Shown here one piece after another: positions 28,762 to 37,035 of a stretch of 55,581 nt of DNA (within the stretch, counting starts at the first letter, position 1; each line of letters opens with the position of its first letter). The DNA is taken from positions 1-55,581 of the IMG/VR virus record IMGVR_UViG_3300045242_000134, one strand, 5' to 3'. The DNA comes from a virus. Taxonomy: Duplodnaviria; Caudoviricetes. Below the pieces are notes generated by a model that searched no databases, was not told the DNA's origin, and saw nothing but the letters and a program-made list of their open reading frames with translations. The translations under genes were made by a program, and so were the position numbers.

Positions 28762-29093
28762 ACAAATCCGGCGCGGTAGAATTGATGTGACTGTTGATGG
28801 TCAATCTGAACTTCAACATCCCAACCAGCAGGCACCACGCCGTTCGTGATTACTTGCCACGACGGATTGACTAAATTAGGAGTGGACTCAATCACCCATC
28901 TTTGAGTTGCGGTGTTGGTGTTTGGGTTGGTAAACGAGAGTGTCAGTGTAATTAACTGCGGCTTAACAATCGCAGGCGGTTTCTTTTGAACAATCTGCGG
29001 CTCTAGTGGAAACACAACGTGGTGTTTCACCGGACGATTGGCAGTGTCTCGCGGCGAACCGACTAACAGAAGGATGAGGAGGAGGCGGGTCAC
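28752..29093 (-). CDS. Secreted protein with Verrucomicrobia-like C-terminal domain
   Basis: Hydrophobic N-terminus; VIESTPNLVNPSW...QFYRAG. Confidence 0.55.
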   Translation of the reverse strand: MTRLLLILLLVGSPRDTANRPVKHHVVFPLEPQIVQKKPPAIVKPQLITLTLSFTNPNTNTATQRWVIESTPNLVNPSWQVITNGVVPAGWDVEVQIDHQQSHQFYRAGFVWP

Positions 29094-29416
29094 ACGGCCA
29101 CATTTATCCAATTGCCATTGTTATCAAGCGAGCATCTGAAAAGTGTTCCGTTTGGTGACTGCATAAACAGAGTGGAACACTTGATGCCGTTTTCAACAGC
29201 AAGATCATGAATGGTGGTAAGGCCGTTGTTGTCAACGATAACACCCAGGTCCGAACTGTTGAGTAGGCTCACGCTGATTGCTTGCTGGTCGAATTGAAGG
29301 CGAGCGGTTTGTTTGTCAACGCCAATCCCAGAGCTTTTCAAGACAGCCAAATTGCTTTGAGAGTCAGCGGTCAAAACCAATCCAGTGCTACCATCGGATA
29401 ATGTTAAGTTTTGCAT
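29090..29416 (-). CDS. Small fibre-like structural protein
   Basis: LFMQSPNGT.FR.SLDNNG motif seen in phage fibre ends. Confidence 0.45.
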   Translation of the reverse strand: MQNLTLSDGSTGLVLTADSQSNLAVLKSSGIGVDKQTARLQFDQQAISVSLLNSSDLGVIVDNNGLTTIHDLAVENGIKCSTLFMQSPNGTLFRCSLDNNGNWINVAV

Positions 29417-29460
29417 ATCAATAGTTGCGTCTTATACATGAATTTAGGATTATACGCAAT

Positions 29461-29500
29461 GAGCGCCGGTTGTCGCCGGTCGCCCATCGCTAAACACAAC
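29461..29500 (+). promoter_or_regulatory. Conserved pseudoknot-like leader of HNH gene (copy 1)
   Basis: Homologous to 54682-54720 (minus) with a compensatory base change. Confidence 0.6.
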
Positions 29501-29512
29501 GCCATTATCGTT

Positions 29513-29989
29513 ATGCCTTCCAAAACATTTACCACACTTACACATGGACAAGCAAGGAGAGGAAATCGCACCCGAGAGTATGAAACTTGGTTGAGAATGC
29601 GTGCGAGATGCACCAATCCAAAATCAAAGGATTACAAAAATTATGGTGGTCGTGGGATTGTAGTTTGCGAACGCTGGAAAAACTTTGAAAAATTTTATGA
29701 AGATATGGGGCCAAGACCAGATAGGCATTCTCTTGACCGAAAAGAAAACAATGGCAATTACGAGCCATTAAATTGCAGATGGGCTACAAAACAGGAGCAA
29801 ATTGAAAACAGGAGATGTAATCGAAATTTCACTATCAATGGAGTGACCGGGACAATGACCGCACTTGCTCGTTATTTTGGATTGAAGCAACAAATAGTAC
29901 AGGCGCGAATTGATAGGTTGGGATGGAACCCTGAAAAGGCTTTTCTTACACCAGTTGGTAAAATAACTCGATGGAAACAGAATGGCTAA
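29513..29989 (+). CDS. HNH-like homing endonuclease
   Basis: Y.TW..MRARC.NP....YKNYGGRGI.VCERW..F..F..DMG.RP..SLDR..NNGNYEP.NCRWAT. Confidence 0.85.
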   Translation: MPSKTFTTLTHGQARRGNRTREYETWLRMRARCTNPKSKDYKNYGGRGIVVCERWKNFEKFYEDMGPRPDRHSLDRKENNGNYEPLNCRWATKQEQIENRRCNRNFTINGVTGTMTALARYFGLKQQIVQARIDRLGWNPEKAFLTPVGKITRWKQNG

Positions 29990-30918
29990 TTCGTGTTCAC
30001 AACATTACCCGCAACAATCAAGGTTGCTTTATCCGCAACTCCTTGACCCGATGGAGCGGCATTAGTGCCAAGGTTTAATTCGAAATCGTAGGTGTGTAAC
30101 ACGGGTGCGGAAGCAACACCGCGAGCAAGAACTGCATTCACAGACGCAGCGTTGAGAGCGCAGTTGCTTAAATCTAAAACGCCGCCATCAACGAAATTTG
30201 CTGTTCCGATATTTACCGAAACCAAGGACGTGCTGGAGTCTCCGTCAAGGCTGTGGATCGATGTAAGAGCGGGGAAGGAGATGGATGTAAGAGCGGTGCA
30301 ACTGTTGAATTCAATAGTATTTCCAACTGAAATTAAAGAGGTGAGAGTTACTGAGGTTAAGAATATATCTCCTCCAAAATTTAACAGACCCAACACCGTT
30401 TTTAACGCTGGCAGAGAAAGCGAAGTAATCGCTATGCCACTAGCAACAAAGTCACCAAACTCCCTTATCAAAGTCGGGAGAGAAATAGATACCGCTGGCC
30501 CCGACGTGAAATTGAACGACGCGCTCACCACCGAAGTGAACGCCGAGCAGCTTAATCCGTTACATGCTCTCACTTTGTAATACCAGATGTTCCCTGCCGC
30601 CATTCCGGTCGCATCAGCCTTTTGAGTCAAGCCACCAGCGACGGATGCGAACAGTGCGAACGTGATTCCGTCAGTAGATTTCCAAAGTTCGTTGGTTGTT
30701 CCGGGAGTTGCACCGTTGGTCCATGTCACTATGACGTTCGTTTGATCTGATGCGATGGCAATGTCGGGTGCACTTGGCGCTGATGGCGCAACCACACTCC
30801 CGCCAGCACGTTGATTCCACTGACACATGAGATAACTGCGAACAACCAGCAGTTGCCCTTCTGTGAGGCATCTCAAACAGGAAGTTAATCGTGACAATGT
30901 ATTTGGATCGCAGTTCAC
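29986..30918 (-). CDS. Virion decoration/fibre protein: Cys anchor + FN3 + LRR-like repeats
   Basis: N-terminal CDP module; VTW...WYYKVRACN (FN3); repeated LSLPAL..V units. Confidence 0.7.
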   Translation of the reverse strand: MNCDPNTLSRLTSCLRCLTEGQLLVVRSYLMCQWNQRAGGSVVAPSAPSAPDIAIASDQTNVIVTWTNGATPGTTNELWKSTDGITFALFASVAGGLTQKADATGMAAGNIWYYKVRACNGLSCSAFTSVVSASFNFTSGPAVSISLPTLIREFGDFVASGIAITSLSLPALKTVLGLLNFGGDIFLTSVTLTSLISVGNTIEFNSCTALTSISFPALTSIHSLDGDSSTSLVSVNIGTANFVDGGVLDLSNCALNAASVNAVLARGVASAPVLHTYDFELNLGTNAAPSGQGVADKATLIVAGNVVNTN

Positions 30919-31910
30919 GCAAAGCCTCCCCCAAGTGCCACGCGCAATGCCTGCACGCGATTGAACAGCGATTGAGTCTGAGCAGCCGTCAACCCATCGT
31001 GCAGCGCCACAAATGAAAACCTTCTATCCGTCCAATCAAAGGGTGTTCCGGCTGCCGAAATTGTCACCCACACCTGTAACGCCTGATTGCAAGTGGCAAC
31101 TGTGCCGCCCAATGGGTTTACGTTCGTAGCACCAATTTGCGCAAATGGATGCGTGGAGTTGGCAAAGAATATCCGCGTGTCGCTGGCGGCGATTCTGCTC
31201 GCTGAATAGAATCCGTTCAGATTTGGTGCAGGCGCTTGAGTCTCGCCATTGAAATCGTTGTTCTCCCAACAATCGTATCGAACCAAATTGTCTGTGAAGT
31301 TCAGGCCGAACTGGAATACTGCTCCACCACCGCCAGTGCCGAATGCGCCAATGTCAAAAACGCCACTAGCTGAAATTCCAGAACAGTAAATAGAAACTCC
31401 GGCGTTTGTGTTGCTCTTGAAACTCACACTCGGTTGGAAGTTTGTAATCATACGGGTTTGAAGCGGTGCGTTGCCCGCCAATCCATTTGCCGTCAAATCT
31501 GTTTCACCGAATGCAACACGCGTCCACAGCCTGCCCTGCGTGGGTGCTCCCTGGGGTCCAACAAGCAATGGCATCGCCGCAAGGTCAAGATTGTCCACAC
31601 CTCCAGCAATTCGCAGGACGCAGTTCACCTCAATCATCTTGCTCCAGATGCCATCAGCACGCATTCCCTTTACGAACAAATCCAAGGCCGTGGTCGTCGT
31701 GGGGTCCAACGGTGGCATCGTGGGCAGTGGACCAGCGCGGAGATTGTTCAGGTCCGTGATGAACTGAGTAACTACCGGGTCTTGAGGCTGAATCCGTGGA
31801 GTCATCACCGCCTGACAGAGCAGGTAGGTGCGGACGACCAACAATTGCGACTCAGTCAGACAACGCAGGCATGACGAAAGCTGACTGAGTGTATTCGGGT
31901 CGCATGTCAT
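30915..31910 (-). CDS. Virion decoration/fibre protein: Cys anchor + LamG/lectin-like domain
   Basis: Same CDP module; FV.GMRADGIWSK...GLTAAQ...L.NRVQAL..ALG pattern. Confidence 0.65.
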   Translation of the reverse strand: MTCDPNTLSQLSSCLRCLTESQLLVVRTYLLCQAVMTPRIQPQDPVVTQFITDLNNLRAGPLPTMPPLDPTTTTALDLFVKGMRADGIWSKMIEVNCVLRIAGGVDNLDLAAMPLLVGPQGAPTQGRLWTRVAFGETDLTANGLAGNAPLQTRMITNFQPSVSFKSNTNAGVSIYCSGISASGVFDIGAFGTGGGGAVFQFGLNFTDNLVRYDCWENNDFNGETQAPAPNLNGFYSASRIAASDTRIFFANSTHPFAQIGATNVNPLGGTVATCNQALQVWVTISAAGTPFDWTDRRFSFVALHDGLTAAQTQSLFNRVQALRVALGGGFA

Positions 31911-32158
31911 CCACCAAGAGCGGTCACAATATTACAAAGCAGAAGCACCTGCATTGCAGACAGGTTCCCGCCCGTACATTCGAAGCAACGCGCCTCATTT
32001 GCAATGAACCCCGGATCGGTTGAAGCCCCAGGAATCAACGCAGCTCGAATTTGAGCGAGCAGCATCGTCTGCACTGCCATGTGGCCACCGAATGGTATGC
32101 AGGTATCGAAACAAACTGCGGCGTTGGCCAATGTCGTTGGGTCACAAGAAATTGCCAC
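31907..32158 (-). CDS. Small protein made of two copies of the Cys anchor module
   Basis: CDPTTLANAAVCF..C and DPGFIANEARCFEC...VLLLCNI. Confidence 0.65.
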   Translation of the reverse strand: MAISCDPTTLANAAVCFDTCIPFGGHMAVQTMLLAQIRAALIPGASTDPGFIANEARCFECTGGNLSAMQVLLLCNIVTALGG

Positions 32159-32455
32159 TTAGTAACCTCCCGCCGAAGTCTCAGACGCCATGCCGTCCAT
32201 TTCGTCCATAGAATCAGCCATGCCAGATTTTTCTTTGTCCTTCTCCTCGCCGGTGGCGTAAGCAATTTCAGCCTCGCCTTCGTGAAGTCGGACTACCTTG
32301 AACACGTACTCCTCACCGACTTTAGGCTCGTGCTTGCCGAACATTGATTTCGGCAATAAAGAAGTTTCTCCCTCTGTGCCCTCCTCTTGCTTTTCAGGCG
32401 GGTCGTCGGATGACTCACCGGGATCGCCGCCGTAATAGTCAGAATCCTCTGCCAT
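32159..32455 (-). CDS. Small acidic protein downstream of the capsid gene
   Basis: Likely start MAEDSD; very D/E-rich. Confidence 0.6.
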   Translation of the reverse strand: MAEDSDYYGGDPGESSDDPPEKQEEGTEGETSLLPKSMFGKHEPKVGEEYVFKVVRLHEGEAEIAYATGEEKDKEKSGMADSMDEMDGMASETSAGGY

Positions 32456-32524
32456 AATCAGTCTTTCGTTAAGAGGTTGCGCCGAAAACCACTCCGGCGC
32501 AACCAATCTGTTTTGGCCCAACGC

Positions 32525-34168
32525 TTAGACTTCGAACGGTAAAGAAAATGACGCGCATGGCCCGGTCAATTGGATCTGCGTTGCGTTCAACACAGTCCAT
32601 GTGCCCGCGACTTCCAGCACGAAGTTCAATTGAGTGACCAACGCCGCCAGTGTGGTTGTTCCAGAAAGCTGACCATGAGAAACGGGTCCGCCTTCGCAAA
32701 TGGCGCTGTTTGCCGCCACTTCGTAATCACCACGCACGGAGTTAAGAACAGGCGCGAAGGTGATGACTGTGTTAATCGGAATCGGGCTGGTGCCGGTGTG
32801 TTCATCCGCGCAACTGGTGTTGGCGCTGTTGTAGGTCTGAACAGGATAGCCGGGATCGGCGTTGCAAGTCTGAATTTCGATAACGCAAGAAGGCTCGCGT
32901 TTGTGCATGATAAGCACGCCAAATTCAGTGTGGTCAGGTGCAATCGCCTGCTTAAAGTCGGCAATGAACTGGCCTTTGTTGCGGCGTTTGTTTTCGATGA
33001 CGCAACCGTTCACATCCGCGCCAAGGTTATCCATGACAAACTGCCACTTGCCACCGAAGTTACGAGCGGCGAACGGCATCTCGGGATTAACCGGCTGCGC
33101 TTCTGATACGAGCACTTCCAACACCTTCGGATGCCAGATGTAAGACCATGTGTATTGAGCGGTATCGAAGTCAGGATTGGGAATCGACTTGAGTCCCGAC
33201 GCACTACCTGCGCCCGATGACGGCACGTTTTTGTACGGCAGCACAATCTGATAACGGAACAGACCATTGACTACGCCCACGAAGTTGAAGCGCAATCCCA
33301 TCTGGTCAACGCGCACTGAGTAGTCACCAAGTTGGCCCATGAATCCGTACTGCCAGTATTTGCTGGCTGCATCCCACTGCTCAAAGCGCCAATTGCCGGA
33401 TACCGATGGAACTCCACCAACACCCTGTTGACCACCAAGCCGGTCAAGTTCCCATTTGGTTTCGTTATCGGTGACAAGCTGAATCATCGGCGGATGTTTC
33501 TCGCCGTAGGGGTTCTTGCCGCCATAACCAACACGCAGCAGTGGATCAACCAACCGCTGCAACATCTGCGGGGTCAGCTTGAACACGCTGGTGTTTGGAA
33601 CATTGGTGTCGATGTAGATTTCTTCGTCGCCAGCGCCAGCAATCACGAAGTTGAAAGTGAAGTTGGACAACGGCCCACCAAAGTTACGGTTGGCAATAAA
33701 CTTATTGTCAACGTATTGAGCAGCGCGTTTGCGGAGGAAGTTGTCCTGAATAAAGACCGTCGCCGGTTTCAAAATGTCGCTGATGATGTAGCTCCACTGC
33801 TTCTTGGCGTGGGTAATGTGCATCTCCTGGTCGAAGCACAACAGGTCAGACTGCCAGCTTTGTTCCTCCAGAAATTCAGTGATCCGCGTGCTTCCCCAAC
33901 CAATGCGATGTTCATTCTTATCGCAGGGCGTCCCCAAACAGTTGCCGCTGTTGGTCGCAATCCACGTCTTGGTGGTATTGGGATAGACGTTATTGAATCG
34001 GTCGCGGGTGTGCTGCGTGCCACTCCATGCCTCCCACGTTCCGCTGGTGACATGCGGTATCCATCCGGCGTAAACCGGGCGAATATCTTCGATGATGTAT
34101 TTGTCGAAAACCGGCTGTTGATCGACCAAAAATTGTGTGAACTGACTACAACTTAAAATTCTTGCCAT
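32525..34168 (-). CDS. Major capsid protein
   Basis: 547 aa; downstream of scaffold and GroES; long structured leader; position in the head operon. Confidence 0.75.
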   Translation of the reverse strand: MARILSCSQFTQFLVDQQPVFDKYIIEDIRPVYAGWIPHVTSGTWEAWSGTQHTRDRFNNVYPNTTKTWIATNSGNCLGTPCDKNEHRIGWGSTRITEFLEEQSWQSDLLCFDQEMHITHAKKQWSYIISDILKPATVFIQDNFLRKRAAQYVDNKFIANRNFGGPLSNFTFNFVIAGAGDEEIYIDTNVPNTSVFKLTPQMLQRLVDPLLRVGYGGKNPYGEKHPPMIQLVTDNETKWELDRLGGQQGVGGVPSVSGNWRFEQWDAASKYWQYGFMGQLGDYSVRVDQMGLRFNFVGVVNGLFRYQIVLPYKNVPSSGAGSASGLKSIPNPDFDTAQYTWSYIWHPKVLEVLVSEAQPVNPEMPFAARNFGGKWQFVMDNLGADVNGCVIENKRRNKGQFIADFKQAIAPDHTEFGVLIMHKREPSCVIEIQTCNADPGYPVQTYNSANTSCADEHTGTSPIPINTVITFAPVLNSVRGDYEVAANSAICEGGPVSHGQLSGTTTLAALVTQLNFVLEVAGTWTVLNATQIQLTGPCASFSLPFEV

Positions 34169-34365
34169 ACTCGCTAAAAGTTTTGCGTTTACCGCTATGC
34201 TCCTGAACGCATCAAATGCGCAGAAGGCTTACGCTACTCTTAGGAGTGCCTCCCCTAACTCTGGTCTTTCGACCGGCTAACGCTCGTGCCTACACGTAAT
34301 TGAAAGGCCGATTCCAATGTGACCATTGGCAGTCTCGGTTGCCTACCCGAGCTATGGCAATTGAA
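34169..34365 (-). promoter_or_regulatory. Multi-hairpin 5' leader of the capsid gene
   Basis: At least six hairpins, three with AGGCA in or beside the loop; TTGACG upstream at about 34388-34393. Confidence 0.55.
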
Positions 34366-34400
34366 GCACTAACAGAAATAAGAAATCCGTCAAGAGGAAA

Positions 34401-34460
34401 GTGCAGGTCTGGGATTTGAACCCATCCAAGGGCACCTGCTGGACCTTTCGCTTCATGCAC
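34401..34460 (-). ncRNA. Miniature tRNA-like element (60 nt, stub anticodon arm)
   Basis: GTGCA/TGCAC ends; D-like GC-GAAAGGTCCA-GC; T-arm TGGG-TTCAAAT-CCCA; no encoded CCA. Confidence 0.5.
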
Positions 34461-34465
34461 GAAGA

Positions 34466-34608
34466 TGGCAGGCGAGGCAGGAATCGAACCTGCGGTGATT
34501 GCGGCGTCCGTTCGGCGGGCCTATCGCATAGGGGATTACCCGTTTCGTTTGCCCCGCCGCGTCGGAAAACGCTGTCTAACGCTGAGTCCACCATTTCTCT
34601 ACTCGCCT
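34466..34608 (-). ncRNA. tRNA-like RNA (143 nt) with the anticodon arm replaced by a structured domain of about 90 nt
   Basis: Acceptor AGGCGAG/CTCGCCT + G + CCA; U8-A9; D-arm GAG-AAATGGTGGA-CTC; T-arm GCAGG-TTCGATT-CCTGC. Confidence 0.8.
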
Positions 34609-34614
34609 TATAAA

Positions 34615-34911
34615 TTATCCCAACACGCACACTATCTCATCGTAATTCACAATGCGATAGTCGCCACTGCCCACCTTAACCTCGCTGCCAGTGTAACGAT
34701 GGGCAATGACCCGCTGCCCAATCTTCACCTCAGATTCGATCTCAGTGCCGTCTTTAGCCACACGACGACCAAGAGCCAATACGATAGCCTCCTGAGACTT
34801 TTCCTGTGACGATTCGGGAATAACCAGCACGCTTTTAATCTCAGTGCGTTCAGGGTCAACGGTCTTCACCAAGACTTTATTGGTCAATGGGCGTGTGATG
34901 CGGGCTTTCAA
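34615..34911 (-). CDS. groES: Co-chaperonin GroES (Cpn10)
   Basis: RPL.NKVLVK...LVIPES.QEK.QEA.VLA.G.......EVK.GQRV...Y.G.EVK....Y.IV..DEI; probable TTG start overlapping the upstream stop. Confidence 0.9.
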   Translation of the reverse strand: MKARITRPLTNKVLVKTVDPERTEIKSVLVIPESSQEKSQEAIVLALGRRVAKDGTEIESEVKIGQRVIAHRYTGSEVKVGSGDYRIVNYDEIVCVLG

Positions 34912-35768
34912 TTTGACGTTGCCTCGGTTGAACCACATTGAGACGCAACAACGCTCTGCTGGTCGCATTCGGAATGGAATGTATCCTTCTCGCTTCTAAA
35001 CCAGCGTGGGCCAGTGCCGTGCCATGAGTTGGTTACTGGTGAGTATCCCCATTTGAATCGACCGCCGCATTTAGAGCAACGCGAGAAAGCCCACCGCTTG
35101 AAATCCTGCAATGGATGACATTGAAATTTCCAGTGCCAGAAATGCCACCTTGGGTGTTTCCACCAAGGACGTTTCAAATCCAACAACCCGCGAGCAACAC
35201 CGCACAGGATTCCATGGAAATGGTCACGGCGATGCTCCTCTGAGTCTTTTTCGAAGTTGGTGTGATACCCCGGGAGAAAACAGAAAACATCACCAGCATG
35301 GCCCCCCGTGCGGATGTGCATAGATTCGGCGGCGTATCTTGAAACTTCATCAAGTGACAATCTGAGTTTCAGCACTCGACACACCAGTAAGACCAATCCT
35401 CGGTAAAGAAACTCAGCTTCGGCTATGCTTCTATCCCATTTTTTACCAAGGCAAATCAGGAAGTGCGGATCGTGCCCCTCGGACCATGCGGTGTTGCGCA
35501 AAATCTCGCGTTGTTTTTTGGTTATCTTTGGATAGCCCCACCCACAAGAATCATCCGTGCCGTCTTTTTCGGGGTCAACATGCCAAATGGTGATAAACGT
35601 GTTACGATACCCGTCTTCCCAAAATGAATCGCGATCTATAATGCCCGATTCTGTCATTCGCTTGAATGCCCACCTTCTGTCACCGCTATCTCGAAACTTC
35701 TTTGGCCAAGGTTTGTGTTTCCACCATGGATACTTAATTTCGTGAGCTACTGTTTGGGGGTCGTGCAT
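34908..35768 (-). CDS. Hypothetical Trp/His-rich protein
   Basis: ITIWHVDPE.DG.DDSCGW; WWKHPRWHFWHW; CSKCG. Confidence 0.7.
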   Translation of the reverse strand: MHDPQTVAHEIKYPWWKHKPWPKKFRDSGDRRWAFKRMTESGIIDRDSFWEDGYRNTFITIWHVDPEKDGTDDSCGWGYPKITKKQREILRNTAWSEGHDPHFLICLGKKWDRSIAEAEFLYRGLVLLVCRVLKLRLSLDEVSRYAAESMHIRTGGHAGDVFCFLPGYHTNFEKDSEEHRRDHFHGILCGVARGLLDLKRPWWKHPRWHFWHWKFQCHPLQDFKRWAFSRCSKCGGRFKWGYSPVTNSWHGTGPRWFRSEKDTFHSECDQQSVVASQCGSTEATSN

Positions 35769-35771
35769 AAA

Positions 35772-37034
35772 TTATCTCCTGCTCTCCACAGCCATGTCAT
35801 CCAATATTTGGTCTGGGGTTTTCTCTGATGGAACTGGCGTGCGTCCACGACCGTCGCCATTACCCGGTACACTTATTTCAAAATCAGCCAGCCTCGCCTT
35901 AAGCTCTTTGATTTCTTTGTTAGCCAGCGACAGGCGATGAGCAACTCGCGGGAAGGCAATCGCACCATTACGCACTTGAGCGACAGCCCGAGAGTATTCT
36001 TCGTGTGTCCATTGTGCCTGACCGTCCTTTAATGGAACGCCGCCCCTCAATACCCTCTCAAGTGTCTCGCGTCCTGTTTCGAGAAGCTCATTGCCCTTGG
36101 GGTCCGCGTCATCGGGCTTGAAAAACTTCGGATACTTTTCGACAGCAGCAGTCATCTCACGGTCAATCATTGAACTGGCGTCCTTATGCCATTTCTCTTG
36201 CTGCTCACGCATCTGCTTCTCACGTTCAGCGCCTTTCTCACGATATTCTTTGATTGCACTGGACGCCTGATTGTTTAGCTCATTCGCCCGTTCGCGGTGA
36301 TAGAGGACCATCGGCGCTTTGTTGCCGAACATCTCAACCGCTTTTTCAGCAGCAACATCGTCATCGGTAATCGCCATCAGCGCGTCAAAGTCTTCGGCGG
36401 TTCCTTTTCGGGTTTGCTGCAACACCGCGCCTTCGTCGTTTTTGCGTTCGACAACTTTGAGAGCAGCCGCTTTAGAGCGTCCAGCAAGGTACGCAGTCTC
36501 GAAAGGCTTTTGATACTTCTCTTTGTACTCCTGAGACTTTTCGTATTGAGTGAACTTAAGTTCAGTTTCGTATTCAGCAACCTTTTTACTGTGCTCCTCA
36601 AGGCGCTTCTCGTAGTCAGCAACCTTTTGATCATAGGTCTTCTTCTCCGGCCATTCCTGTGGGGCTTTGGATTTGGCTTCATAATCAGCCATCTTTTTTT
36701 CCAACTCAGCAACACGGGATTTGGACGCATGATAGTGCTTGGCCAGTTCGCCAGCCTTCATCTTGCTTGGGTCAATGTCCTTCGGCGGTTCAGCGGGCTT
36801 CTCGGGCGGCTTTACAAAGCGCCCCTTATCGTCTTTGGGACGCGCAGGCGCAGCGGCAGTTGCCGCAGGTGCCGCTGGAGCATCATCGTCGCTTCCAAGG
36901 GCATCCAGAGCATCCCATGCCCCATTACCAGCAGTAGGCGAGCTTGGTGTAGGCGCTGACGATGCTGGCGCTGGTGCAGGAGTTGAAGGCGCTGCGGGCG
37001 CGGCGGGAGGGGTTATTGCGGGTGCATCTGCCAT
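35772..37034 (-). CDS. Capsid scaffolding protein
   Basis: Ala/Pro-rich N-terminus; long charged coiled coil; between portal and capsid. Confidence 0.7.
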   Translation of the reverse strand: MADAPAITPPAAPAAPSTPAPAPASSAPTPSSPTAGNGAWDALDALGSDDDAPAAPAATAAAPARPKDDKGRFVKPPEKPAEPPKDIDPSKMKAGELAKHYHASKSRVAELEKKMADYEAKSKAPQEWPEKKTYDQKVADYEKRLEEHSKKVAEYETELKFTQYEKSQEYKEKYQKPFETAYLAGRSKAAALKVVERKNDEGAVLQQTRKGTAEDFDALMAITDDDVAAEKAVEMFGNKAPMVLYHRERANELNNQASSAIKEYREKGAEREKQMREQQEKWHKDASSMIDREMTAAVEKYPKFFKPDDADPKGNELLETGRETLERVLRGGVPLKDGQAQWTHEEYSRAVAQVRNGAIAFPRVAHRLSLANKEIKELKARLADFEISVPGNGDGRGRTPVPSEKTPDQILDDMAVESRR

Positions 37035-37035
37035 A

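Noticed and set aside
33332-34156. 274-aa + strand ORF and similar antisense ORFs elsewhere
   Set aside because: They are shadows of real genes on the opposite strand.
34466-34608. Canonical tRNA, tmRNA or group I intron-containing tRNA
   Set aside because: No canonical anticodon loop, no G3:U70 or tag ORF, and the insert is too short with no group I core.
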